Shown: piece by piece, positions 46,125-54,758 of the stretch
How positions within the stretch are numbered: position 1 is the stretch's first letter
Layout: each line of letters starts with the position of its first letter
Source: Armatimonadota bacterium
Lineage (GTDB): Bacteria; Armatimonadota; Fimbriimonadia; Fimbriimonadales; Fimbriimonadaceae
Direction of reading: 5' to 3'
Assembly (NCBI GenBank): GCA_031400935.1
Contig: JANNQV010000025.1
Span: 1 to 64,000, forward strand
DNA length: 64,000 bases
Translations under genes and position numbers: made by a program
Notes under the pieces: generated by a model
The model's input: only the letters and a program-made list of their open reading frames with translations
Databases searched by the model: none
What the model was told of the DNA's origin: nothing

Positions 46125-48221
46125 ATGAAGCAACTTCAGAATCTTCTCAAGCATACAGATCTGCTCTTTGGAGTGGGACTCGTTGTCGTTGTTGCAATTT
46201 TAATTTTGCCATTGCCCCATTGGGCATTGGACATGGGGCTTGTTGTGGCAATTGCATCGGCTGTCATCATCTTGCTCAGCTCGGTAAACGTGACCGATCC
46301 GCTTCAATTTTCTGTTTTCCCTTCGCTCTTGCTCGTTACGACGCTTTTTCGGCTTGCGTTGAGCATCGCCGCAACGAAACTCATTCTGGGTACTGGCCAA
46401 GCCGGGGCTGTCATCGAAACGTTCGGTAACTTCATCATGGGTGGCGACTTTATCGTCGGCGTTGTGGCGTTTCTGATCCTTGTCATTGTTCAATTTATTG
46501 TAATTACCAATGGTGCTGGACGTGTTTCAGAAGTTGTAGCTCGATTTACCTTAGATGCAATGCCAGGCAAGCAGATGGCGATTGACGCCGACCTTGCCGC
46601 AGGCTCGATTGACGAAGACCAAGCCAAGGAACGTCGAGAAAATGTAAAGCGTGAAGCCGATTTCTATGGTGCGATGGACGGCGCATCCAAATTTGTAAAA
46701 GGCGATGCAATCGCTTCGATTCTAATCATCATTATCAATATCATCGGCGGCTTTGCCGTTGGGTTCATGAAGGGCCAAGGCGACGCCTTGACGATCATGA
46801 AGACTTACACAATTCTAAGCGTCGGCGAAGGACTCGTTTCGCAGCTTCCGGCTTTGCTCATTAGTACCGCGAGCGGTTTGCTTGTCACCCGTTCAGGGCA
46901 ACAAAGAAGCATGGGCGCCGAAGTCATCGGCCAAATGCTAGGCCAGCCTAAAGCACTCACTTATGCTGGCGGAGCGCTCGCAGGAATGTCGCTGGTGCCA
47001 GGATTTCCAACGGTCATCTTTCTCATCGCTGCGGCGGGCTGTTTTGGAATCGGGCAGTTTATGGAGAAAACTCCTGGTGCTCGAAAACTCGTTGGTGCGG
47101 AAACTATGGACGAAAAGAAGGCAGACGCAAAGCTAGTGGAAGCCGCGGCAAAGCAAAGCGTTCCGCAGGGACCGGATTCAGTCTTGCCACTGCTTGCCGT
47201 TGATCCCCTAGAAATCGAAATCGGGCACGGCTTGACCAAACTTGCCGATGCCCGGGTTGGCGGAGATATGTCGGAACGGGTTACCTCAACCCGAAAACAG
47301 ATCGCATTAGAACTCGGGTTCGTAATGCCGACCGTTCGAATTCGCGATTCCATTCATTTGAAGAGTACGGAATACGCGATCAAAGTTCGCGGCGAAGAGG
47401 TTGCAAGGGCTGAAATCATCCCGAATATGCACCTTGCCATCTCTAGCGGGGAAGTGTTTGGCTCGGTTCCAGGAATAACTACAAAAGACCCTGTTTTTGG
47501 ACTCGATGCAATATGGATTGACCCAGCCAACCGAGAAACCGCCGAGCGATCTGGATATTCAGTAATCGAGCCTTCAGCGGTCATTACAACTCATTTAGGA
47601 GAAGTTGCCAAGGCCGCGGCATCCGAATTGCTTACAAGGCAAGACGTTTTCAAGCTCATCGAGAACGCGAAATTGCAAAACGAAAGCGCAGTTACCGAAC
47701 TCATTCCAAATGTTCTCACTGTTGGTGATGTGCAAAAAGTCCTTCAGCACCTTCTTCGAGAGCGAGTTCCGATTCGAGACATGGTCACCATTTTGGAAAC
47801 CATGGCAGACTTTGGCACACGCGTCAAAGACCCAGATCAGCTAGGCGAACTCGTTCGCGCAAACGTCGCCCGAACGATTACGCGCCAATTTGTAGACCCC
47901 ACGAACAAGCTTGCCTGCATCACTCTTGACCCAGCCCTTGAAAGAGATTTGGTTGAAAATGTAAACCTGACGAACTTCGGCTCAATGCTTGTCATCACTC
48001 CAGAGCAACAGCGCGACCTCATGGAATCCATCCGCGCAGAGGTTGACCGCGCCAATGTGCAAGGCTTCCATGCCGTTCTTCTTTGCGGAAACCAGCTTCG
48101 CCTTCCTCTCAAGAGGCTGGTTGAAAAGCAGCTTCCAACCCTGGCAGTCATGGCGTACAACGAAGTGGCAGAAACGGCAGAAGTGGAATTCATAGGGCAG
48201 CTAAAAGCCTTCGCGGCGTAA
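46125..48221 (+). CDS. flhA: Flagellar biosynthesis protein FlhA
   Basis: Canonical FlhA motifs (MPGKQMAIDADLAAGSIDEDQAKERRENVKREADFYGAMDGASKFVKGDAIA). The start is chosen at MKQLQNLL. Confidence 0.9.
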   Translation: MKQLQNLLKHTDLLFGVGLVVVVAILILPLPHWALDMGLVVAIASAVIILLSSVNVTDPLQFSVFPSLLLVTTLFRLALSIAATKLILGTGQAGAVIETFGNFIMGGDFIVGVVAFLILVIVQFIVITNGAGRVSEVVARFTLDAMPGKQMAIDADLAAGSIDEDQAKERRENVKREADFYGAMDGASKFVKGDAIASILIIIINIIGGFAVGFMKGQGDALTIMKTYTILSVGEGLVSQLPALLISTASGLLVTRSGQQRSMGAEVIGQMLGQPKALTYAGGALAGMSLVPGFPTVIFLIAAAGCFGIGQFMEKTPGARKLVGAETMDEKKADAKLVEAAAKQSVPQGPDSVLPLLAVDPLEIEIGHGLTKLADARVGGDMSERVTSTRKQIALELGFVMPTVRIRDSIHLKSTEYAIKVRGEEVARAEIIPNMHLAISSGEVFGSVPGITTKDPVFGLDAIWIDPANRETAERSGYSVIEPSAVITTHLGEVAKAAASELLTRQDVFKLIENAKLQNESAVTELIPNVLTVGDVQKVLQHLLRERVPIRDMVTILETMADFGTRVKDPDQLGELVRANVARTITRQFVDPTNKLACITLDPALERDLVENVNLTNFGSMLVITPEQQRDLMESIRAEVDRANVQGFHAVLLCGNQLRLPLKRLVEKQLPTLAVMAYNEVAETAEVEFIGQLKAFAA

Positions 48222-48229
48222 AGCATTAG

Positions 48230-48266
48230 CCCCTTCCTCCCTTGGGAGGAAGGGGCTTTCGAACTC
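48230..48266. repeat. Palindromic hairpin CCCCTTCCTCCCTTGGGAGGAAGGGG + CTTTCGAACTC between the convergent flhA and BNR genes (related to the 37054..37189 element)
   Basis: Perfect 12-bp stem with a 2-nt loop. Likely a bidirectional terminator or REP-like element. Confidence 0.5.
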
Positions 48267-51002
48267 CTACTGCCTGACTGTAAACAGCACCTGATCAAAC
48301 CGGACTCGCCACTTTGCAATGACATCCGCCGCCCAGGGCTCCGCTGTGACAAGTGCTTTGATTTCCCGGTTCGCTGGCGAGACAAAGCGAGAGGGATCGC
48401 CGGTTGCGACAAATTCAAAGGTCGAATCGGTTGTTGTTGTAGGCCGGAAATCGAGTTCTTCCCACTGGTTGCTATTCCAATTGAACAGCCTTGTCCTTAG
48501 CCCGAGATTGCGCTGCGTGGCATTCACTTCCAGCTTAAATGCAAGATAGCTTACATTGCCATGAGGCGAGACCGATGTGAATTGAACGCCCATCGGAGTC
48601 ACAAGACCAGGAGCAGTGAAATCGCCCAAAATGTCCAGCTTGTCGTTATCGCTGGCATAGAGGCTTGAAAGCCTTCCGCTCATCAAATTGCCCCAAATGA
48701 TGTTGTAGGTTGTCGGCGAAAGCGGCTCGGTTACTGAATCGAGAATATCCGCCGAATAAACACCCCTTCCATGAGTTACCGCAAGGAGCTTCGTTCCGGT
48801 TACCCATCGAAGCTCTTCCACGGGCGCGATTCCAGGGCCGACGTTTTGCGTTGACCAATTTTGCCCGCCGTCGCTGGATGTGAACAATCCAACATCAGTC
48901 CCTACATAAATCCAATTGGAATTGATCGGGTGAGTGGTAACGGCACTGATGGGCGTGCTGGGCAAGTCGCCGCTAATGTCCGTCCAGTTCGTTCCGCCAT
49001 TCGTCGTCATCCAGAGGTTGTTTGATTCGTAACCCATGAATGAAACCAGAATTCGGTTTGTGTTGTTTGGGTCAATTCGAATCGAACCAACCCATCTGGC
49101 AGGCAGTTGGGTTGCTCCGTTGTCAACTCGTGTCCAAGTCGGCGTTACCGCCGCTCCGTTGATTGTTTTCCAAACTTCGCCGTTGTTGTATCCAACCCAA
49201 ATCAAGTTGCTGTTGCTTTGTGCGATTGTAAAGGTCGAGATATTCCAAGGCGGGTTTGTAGCAAAATGCGCCTCATCGTTCTTGGAGCGGCCATTTGGCC
49301 TTCCTCCTGGCTGAATCGTCGGCTTGATAGCGGTCCAAGTGGGCGTTCCAGCTTTGATGTTATTGGATCGCCAAAGGCTTCTTGCACCAACGAGCATTCG
49401 GTTCGCATTACTTGGATCAAGGCCAAAGTAAGCGATGAAGTTGCAAGTTGTGGAGCTTCCCGCGTCAGTAATTCCGCTGTAGCAATAGTTGTAGCTACCG
49501 CCAGCACCGCCTGTTGTGCTTCTTACGATCTGGGCGTAATAGATTCCGGCATACCAATAGTTAACATCTGTAGGATCGTATTCGCAATAGACGCCATCGC
49601 CGCCGAAGACCGTTCCCCAATCTTGAGGAAGACCTGTGTAGCGAATCGTTCCGTTATCTTGCAATCCAGCTATCATGTTGCCATTGGCGGGATTCATTAC
49701 GGCGCCATAAACCTGTGCAATCCCGAGATTGTGGTTCAGGTTGTTTACCGGATTTAGTGTGTGATCGTTAGAACGATAGATGCCTCCATCGCAACCCACA
49801 AAAATGCGGCGATTGGTTGTTCCATTAAAGTTCGGATCGGATACGATGGCATGCATGTCGGCATGAACCCCGTTGAGCCCTTGTGTAAAAGTTGCACCGG
49901 CATTTGCACTTCTGTACAAGTAGACGCCGCCTAAAATTAGATTGTTTGCGTTTGCAGGATCAACCCAAAGCACATTGTTATAGGCTGCATAGGTGCTGAT
50001 TCCCCCACCAGTAGTTGTAAGTGTGAAAGTTGAGCCGCCATTCACCGAACGGTAAATTTTGATCGCGCTGCCTACACTTGCAGCACAATAGACCGTGTTT
50101 GGGTTGCTCGGTGCATAACGAACTTCAGAGCGATGGGGATTGGGGAGACCCGTCGCTGCAGTCCAGCTTAAACCGCCGTTGATGGAAACTTTCACGCCGT
50201 CATCGTGGAAACCTGAAATTACTTTTTGTCCATCAGTAGGATGAAACTGGACGTCGTAAGCAAGTCCCAACGAAGTTCTAACCCAAGTCGTGCCTCCATC
50301 GGTGGATCGCCAAACTCCTGATCCTGTCGCCGCCAGCATGTTTTGAGAATTCGTCGGCGAAATCGCAATGCGGTTTACAAAATACCAATCTGGCGTATTC
50401 GTAAAGGCAATTTGGCTCCAAGAAGTTCCGCCATCGGTGGATTTGAAGATTCCGGCACCTCGAACGGCCGCCGTGTTTGATGTTCCTTCGACAGTTTCAA
50501 AGAAGCCTTCTCCCGTGCCGGCAAAAAGGGTGTTTGGATTCGTTTGATCAAGTGCCATGCAGCCGATTGGCATAACTGGCATGAAATCGTCCATTGGCAA
50601 CCACGAAACGCCTGCATCAATGGTTTTCCATATACCACCGCTAAGCCCGCCCGTCCACATGATGTTTGTGTTCGTTGGGTGGATCAGAATGCTTCGAACT
50701 CGTCCGCCCAAATTGCCGGGACCATGCCATGTCCAACCGCCTGGAAAAACGCCCGCTCCATCAGAAGGGTCTACGATAAGATCTCGTTGAGAAATGGCTA
50801 ATGCAATAGCTCCGTCGGGGACCTTGCCGTTTTCTGACATTCGCTTATCAGATCGAAAATTCGCCGCTGCTACTGGACTGTCGAAATCGGATTCAGCTTC
50901 AGTAATTTGCCTAGGTTCCATGGAAGAGCAGACAATCAAAATGCCGATACCAAATACGAAGTAAGACCAAGCCACCACATTCAATTTCATTGTTGTCACC
51001 AA
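48267..51002 (-). CDS. Secreted BNR/Asp-box repeat protein (sortilin/VPS10- or GH74-like beta-propellers) with a C-terminal module distantly resembling the 8227..9279 and 34040..35590 family
   Basis: At least six S-x-D-G-G-x-T-W-type repeats (STDGGTSW, STDGGTTW, SINGGLSW, SVNGGSTF, SSDGGQNW, TTNGGTNW). N-terminal signal/TM segment. Confidence 0.65.
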   Translation of the reverse strand: MVTTMKLNVVAWSYFVFGIGILIVCSSMEPRQITEAESDFDSPVAAANFRSDKRMSENGKVPDGAIALAISQRDLIVDPSDGAGVFPGGWTWHGPGNLGGRVRSILIHPTNTNIMWTGGLSGGIWKTIDAGVSWLPMDDFMPVMPIGCMALDQTNPNTLFAGTGEGFFETVEGTSNTAAVRGAGIFKSTDGGTSWSQIAFTNTPDWYFVNRIAISPTNSQNMLAATGSGVWRSTDGGTTWVRTSLGLAYDVQFHPTDGQKVISGFHDDGVKVSINGGLSWTAATGLPNPHRSEVRYAPSNPNTVYCAASVGSAIKIYRSVNGGSTFTLTTTGGGISTYAAYNNVLWVDPANANNLILGGVYLYRSANAGATFTQGLNGVHADMHAIVSDPNFNGTTNRRIFVGCDGGIYRSNDHTLNPVNNLNHNLGIAQVYGAVMNPANGNMIAGLQDNGTIRYTGLPQDWGTVFGGDGVYCEYDPTDVNYWYAGIYYAQIVRSTTGGAGGSYNYCYSGITDAGSSTTCNFIAYFGLDPSNANRMLVGARSLWRSNNIKAGTPTWTAIKPTIQPGGRPNGRSKNDEAHFATNPPWNISTFTIAQSNSNLIWVGYNNGEVWKTINGAAVTPTWTRVDNGATQLPARWVGSIRIDPNNTNRILVSFMGYESNNLWMTTNGGTNWTDISGDLPSTPISAVTTHPINSNWIYVGTDVGLFTSSDGGQNWSTQNVGPGIAPVEELRWVTGTKLLAVTHGRGVYSADILDSVTEPLSPTTYNIIWGNLMSGRLSSLYASDNDKLDILGDFTAPGLVTPMGVQFTSVSPHGNVSYLAFKLEVNATQRNLGLRTRLFNWNSNQWEELDFRPTTTTDSTFEFVATGDPSRFVSPANREIKALVTAEPWAADVIAKWRVRFDQVLFTVRQ

Positions 51003-51077
51003 TTTGTGTTTGACTGTACTTTAGCATGAGACGACCAGAAATCGTTATGTTGTTTTAGCAAAACTAGCAATTTTCAA

Positions 51078-51590
51078 TTGCTTGGATCGCGTATCCTACT
51101 TGGAATGATTGAAAGGGCCGATCAATTTAGGATTGAAGCAAGGACCGACCTTATGGCAGTTGAAATCCTCTTCAGAGAATACGCAGCAGAGCTAGACATA
51201 GATTTTTGCTTCCAAGGATTTGAGGCAGAAATTTCGTCGTTGCCAGGAAAATACGCAGTTCCGATGGGTGCAATTTTGCTCGCGACTGATGCGAGTTCTG
51301 GAAGAGAAGCAGGCATTGTCGCGCTTCGTCCTTTTGGCGATTCTGGTCAATGCGAGATGAAGCGAATGTATGTTCGCCCGGAGTTTAGAGGAAAAGGCCT
51401 AGGACGAATGCTTGCTGTCGAAATAATTGCTGTGGCTTCACAGGCAGGATATACTGAAATGCTGTTGGATACGCTTCATAAACTTCAACCTGCGATAAAG
51501 CTTTACAAGGACCTGGGCTTCGAGGAAATTGAAGCGTATTATGACAATCCGATTGAAGGAGTGGTCTATTTGAGGAAGATGATCCTATAG
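51078..51590 (+). CDS. GNAT family N-acetyltransferase
   Basis: Acetyl-CoA binding motif (RMYVRPEFRGKGLGRML). Confidence 0.75.
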   Translation: MLGSRILLGMIERADQFRIEARTDLMAVEILFREYAAELDIDFCFQGFEAEISSLPGKYAVPMGAILLATDASSGREAGIVALRPFGDSGQCEMKRMYVRPEFRGKGLGRMLAVEIIAVASQAGYTEMLLDTLHKLQPAIKLYKDLGFEEIEAYYDNPIEGVVYLRKMIL

Positions 51591-51658
51591 TGATGAGTGG
51601 GGAATGGAGAGTGGGGAGAACAGATTCAATTCAATCTATACATCCAACTCATCCGACG
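51591..51658. repeat. Dispersed repeat copy with imperfect termini GATGAGTGGGGAATG ... CATCCAACTCATC (GTGGGGAGAG core); its right end encodes the RimM C-terminus (SSDELDV-stop)
   Basis: Read directly. Same GGATGAGTTGG core as 54684..54700. Confidence 0.45.
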
Positions 51659-52151
51659 ATTCTCCCAGCATCCCATCAATCAGCTTAACTGTAATCGTTT
51701 CTGTATCAAAATCAACCATTTCCACGAACTGTTCAATGGCTGGAATCAGGATTTCGCCAATTACCAAAACATCATGAGCAGGGTACTCCTGGACAGCGTC
51801 AACTTGGCCTACTGTTTGGCCATCGGTGGTTACAACGGTCATTCCGATGAGATCTTCAACTAAATATTCGTCGTCATCGAGTTCTGGCCGCTCGCCTTTT
51901 GGAACTGAAAGAATTTCCCACTTCAAGGCTTCGGCTTGCTCAATTTTCCGAATTCCTTCAAGTTCCAAAACGACCTGGTTTTTCTGCAAACGACTTGCCA
52001 GAATCTTGTACGATTCGCCTTTTAGCAAAACGAATTTACCAGCGTCGAACCGCTCCACCATATTGGTCATCAATTCTACTTTCATTTGGCCGCGAAGGCC
52101 AAATGTAGTCACAATCTTACCGATAGGAACGACAGGAGGTTTTTTTGCCAC
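51636..52151 (-). CDS. rimM: Ribosome maturation factor RimM
   Basis: RimM N-terminal motif (IGKIVTTFGLRGQMKV) and a PRC barrel. In the ffh-rpsP-KH-rimM operon. Confidence 0.75.
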   Translation of the reverse strand: MAKKPPVVPIGKIVTTFGLRGQMKVELMTNMVERFDAGKFVLLKGESYKILASRLQKNQVVLELEGIRKIEQAEALKWEILSVPKGERPELDDDEYLVEDLIGMTVVTTDGQTVGQVDAVQEYPAHDVLVIGEILIPAIEQFVEMVDFDTETITVKLIDGMLGESSDELDV

Positions 52152-52393
52152 TAGTTATCGGTAACGATTTTGACAAAGGCCTTTTCTCGCGACTTTGCAG
52201 CAACTGCGCTTACTACGCACCGAATTGCCGAAACAACACGACCGCTTCTGCCAATAACCTTGCCCACATCATCGCCTGCTACTCGAACAAAAAATGTTCG
52301 CGTATGGCCATCGAGGCTCTCTTCAACTTCAACTTGGTCTGCGTGTTCAACAACGCCAGACACTAATTCTTCAACAAAGGATTTATAGCTCAT
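52151..52393 (-). CDS. KH-domain protein (YlqC/UPF0109)
   Basis: 80 aa with KH GxxG motif (VIGRSGR). Canonical position between rpsP and rimM. Confidence 0.7.
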   Translation of the reverse strand: MSYKSFVEELVSGVVEHADQVEVEESLDGHTRTFFVRVAGDDVGKVIGRSGRVVSAIRCVVSAVAAKSREKAFVKIVTDN

Positions 52394-52402
52394 AGTGGCT
52401 CC

Positions 52403-53047
52403 TTAGGCTTGCGGTGCAGCCTCTTCGGTAACGGCATCAACTGTCGCAGTTTCATCTGCAACGGCATCTGCGCTGGCAGTTAGTTCGGCAATTGGTCCTT
52501 CAGGTGCAACAGCTTCAATATCGGTAGCGGTTTCGGCAGGTGCTTCCACAATTTCTTCAACAATGGCTTCAACTGGTGCTTCTGCAACTACTTCAGGTGC
52601 TGTTTCAACAACGGCTTCAACTGCAACGGTTTCAACCGGTGTTTCAACGACTTCTGCAACAACTGGCGCGGTTTCGGCAACAGGTTCGGGCTTTGCCGCT
52701 GTTTCGACTGGCGCAGCTTTAATGACCGATTGAACAGACATAGAAGATGTTCGCTTGTCGAGGAATTTGTAGGACTTCTTGGCTGAAGGACGCTGCTCGA
52801 AATACTTTTCGAGAATGCCGACGCGGTTCATGATGATCGCGGCAGTTTCAGAGGGCTGTGCGCCTTCTAAAAGCCAGTGAATCGCCCGATCTTCTTTGAT
52901 GTTGATTAGCTTCGGCTTTGTTACCGGGTTGTAGGTGCCGATGATCTCAATGAAGGCACCATCTCGGCCCGCCGTGCTTTTCGCAACAACTACACGATAA
53001 AAGGGACGGTGCTTGCTGCCCGACCTACGCAATCGAATTTTTACCAA
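52403..53047 (-). CDS. rpsP: 30S ribosomal protein S16 with an approximately 125-aa low-complexity acidic A/E/V/T-rich C-terminal extension
   Basis: MVKIRLRRSGSKHRPFYRVVVAKSTAGRDGAFIEIIGTYNP is canonical S16. The tail is encoded by degenerate GCTTCAAC/GTTTCAAC repeats. Confidence 0.85.
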   Translation of the reverse strand: MVKIRLRRSGSKHRPFYRVVVAKSTAGRDGAFIEIIGTYNPVTKPKLINIKEDRAIHWLLEGAQPSETAAIIMNRVGILEKYFEQRPSAKKSYKFLDKRTSSMSVQSVIKAAPVETAAKPEPVAETAPVVAEVVETPVETVAVEAVVETAPEVVAEAPVEAIVEEIVEAPAETATDIEAVAPEGPIAELTASADAVADETATVDAVTEEAAPQA

Positions 53048-53243
53048 TTTAATTTTCTCCTATATCAGTCCCGACTTCGCGGGGCTTCCTCACCTCTCGT
53101 TTACCCCGAAGTTCGGGATCGCGAAAGCCCTGATTTCTCAGGAGGGTGGTCTTTCACTATTTACGGAATAAATTCCGTGGATCGTGGTGCGGAAAAAATT
53201 CCGCGCTCCGTTCTAGTTTCGCATTTCGTGACAAGTTTCGATT

Positions 53244-54572
53244 TCAGCGGCGGCGATGTTTCTTCATCTTCTTTTCCATTTGAGTGAAATGCTTCATGTT
53301 CTTCTTCATTTCATGGAATTGCTTGATGAGCTGATTCACTTCTTCGACGCTGGTGCCCGATCCTCGCGCAATGCGCTTTCTTCGGGAACCATTGATTATA
53401 TCCGGATTTGTCCTCTCTGCGGTTGTCATCGAGAGAATAATCGCCTCAACTCGGTTCATGCTGCCATCATTTAGCTTGTCTAAAGCCTCCTGAGGGATTT
53501 GTGCACCAATTCCTGGAATCATTTTGAGAAGGCTTTGCATGTTGCCCATTTTCTTCATCGCTTTGAACTGCTGAAGCATGATATTGAAGTCAAGTCCGCC
53601 CTTTCGTACGGCGGCTTCCATTTCCTTGGCGTCGTCTTGATCGAAGGCTTCTTCGGCTCGTTCGATGATTCCCATCACATCGCCAAAGCCAAGAATTCTT
53701 TCTGCCATTCGTTGGGGATGAAATTGGTCGAGAGCTTCTGTTTTCTCGCCAACGCCGATAAATCGAACCGGAACACCCGTCGCTTGCCGAACGCTTAGAA
53801 CCGCTCCACCGCGAGTGTCTCCATCGAGTTTGGTAAAGATCGCACCAGTCAGCGGCACTTTTTCATGGAAAGCATTGGCAACGTTTACTGCTTCTTGACC
53901 GGTGGTTGAATCTAGTACAAGGAACGTTTCTGTTGGCTTAACGGCTTTGACGATGCTTTCAAGCTCCTGCATCAATCCGCCGTCAATTTGAAGGCGGCCA
54001 GCAGTATCAACTATTAGCACATCGCACATCAAATGACGGCAACGATCTAAAGCTTCTTTTGCTATGGCAACTGGGGAACTGCCGTCTATTTTTGCAAAGA
54101 CGGGGACACCGATTTGCTCACCTAGAACTTGCAATTGCGTGATTGCCGCAGGCCGTTGAATGTCGCAAGCCGCAAGCATGACCTTTTTGTCTTGCTTTTG
54201 TAGCCAGAGTGCCAACTTGGCGGCGGTTGTAGTCTTCCCCGAACCTTGCAATCCGCAAAGCAGGATGACAGTCGGCGGACTCGAACTCCAACTGAATTTG
54301 GCGGTCTCGGCTCCAAGAAGCGAAACTAATTCATCTCGGACAATTTTGAGAATGGTTTGATCGCCGGTCAGGTTTCCGAAAATGTCTTCGCCGACGGCTT
54401 GTTCTTTGACTCGAGCCATGAAGTCTTTCGCGACTTGGAAATTTACGTCTGCTTCAAGGAGTGCGACTCGAACTTCGCGGAGCATTTCGGCGACGTCATC
54501 TTCGGTTAACCGGCCTTTGCGCCGAAGCCCCATGAATATCCCGGAAAGGCGTTTTGTCAGGTTGTCGAGCAT
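53244..54572 (-). CDS. ffh: Signal recognition particle protein Ffh
   Basis: The start is chosen at MLDNLTKRLSG, the canonical Ffh N-terminus. GTPase motifs (GLQGSGKTT, DTAGR). M-domain with a Met-rich C-terminus. Confidence 0.9.
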   Translation of the reverse strand: MLDNLTKRLSGIFMGLRRKGRLTEDDVAEMLREVRVALLEADVNFQVAKDFMARVKEQAVGEDIFGNLTGDQTILKIVRDELVSLLGAETAKFSWSSSPPTVILLCGLQGSGKTTTAAKLALWLQKQDKKVMLAACDIQRPAAITQLQVLGEQIGVPVFAKIDGSSPVAIAKEALDRCRHLMCDVLIVDTAGRLQIDGGLMQELESIVKAVKPTETFLVLDSTTGQEAVNVANAFHEKVPLTGAIFTKLDGDTRGGAVLSVRQATGVPVRFIGVGEKTEALDQFHPQRMAERILGFGDVMGIIERAEEAFDQDDAKEMEAAVRKGGLDFNIMLQQFKAMKKMGNMQSLLKMIPGIGAQIPQEALDKLNDGSMNRVEAIILSMTTAERTNPDIINGSRRKRIARGSGTSVEEVNQLIKQFHEMKKNMKHFTQMEKKMKKHRRR

Positions 54573-54599
54573 TGATAGGGAGTGTACCGGGGCTGTAGG

Positions 54600-54725
54600 T
54601 GATGCTATTGATCTGGGTGAGAGAAATGAACTGGGTGACTTGGGTGCCCGGAAGGGTTTGTCAGCTTCTCGGAATTCACTCATTTCACCCAACTCATCCA
54701 ATTCAGCCGCATCACCCAATTCACG
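54600..54725. repeat. Imperfect inverted repeats CTGGGTGAGAGAAATGAACTGGGTGACTTGGGTG / CACCCAACTCATCCAATTCAGCCGCATCACCCAA in the divergent ffh/BNR promoter region
   Basis: Read directly. Shares GGATGAGTTGG with 51641..51658. Confidence 0.45.
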
Positions 54726-54758
54726 TCGAATCCGTATCTTCAGTATCATAGGAAAGTT

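Noticed and set aside
52540-52722. 60-aa plus-strand ORF (LQLVLLQLLQVLFQQRLQLQ)
   Set aside because: It is antisense to the repetitive S16 C-terminal extension, a low-complexity artefact.
54573-54749. N-terminal 59-aa extension of Ffh (MILKIRIRRELGDAAELDELGEMSEF...)
   Set aside because: The extension is encoded by the intergenic inverted-repeat element, and the canonical Ffh N-terminus (MLDNLTKRLSG) starts at the internal Met.
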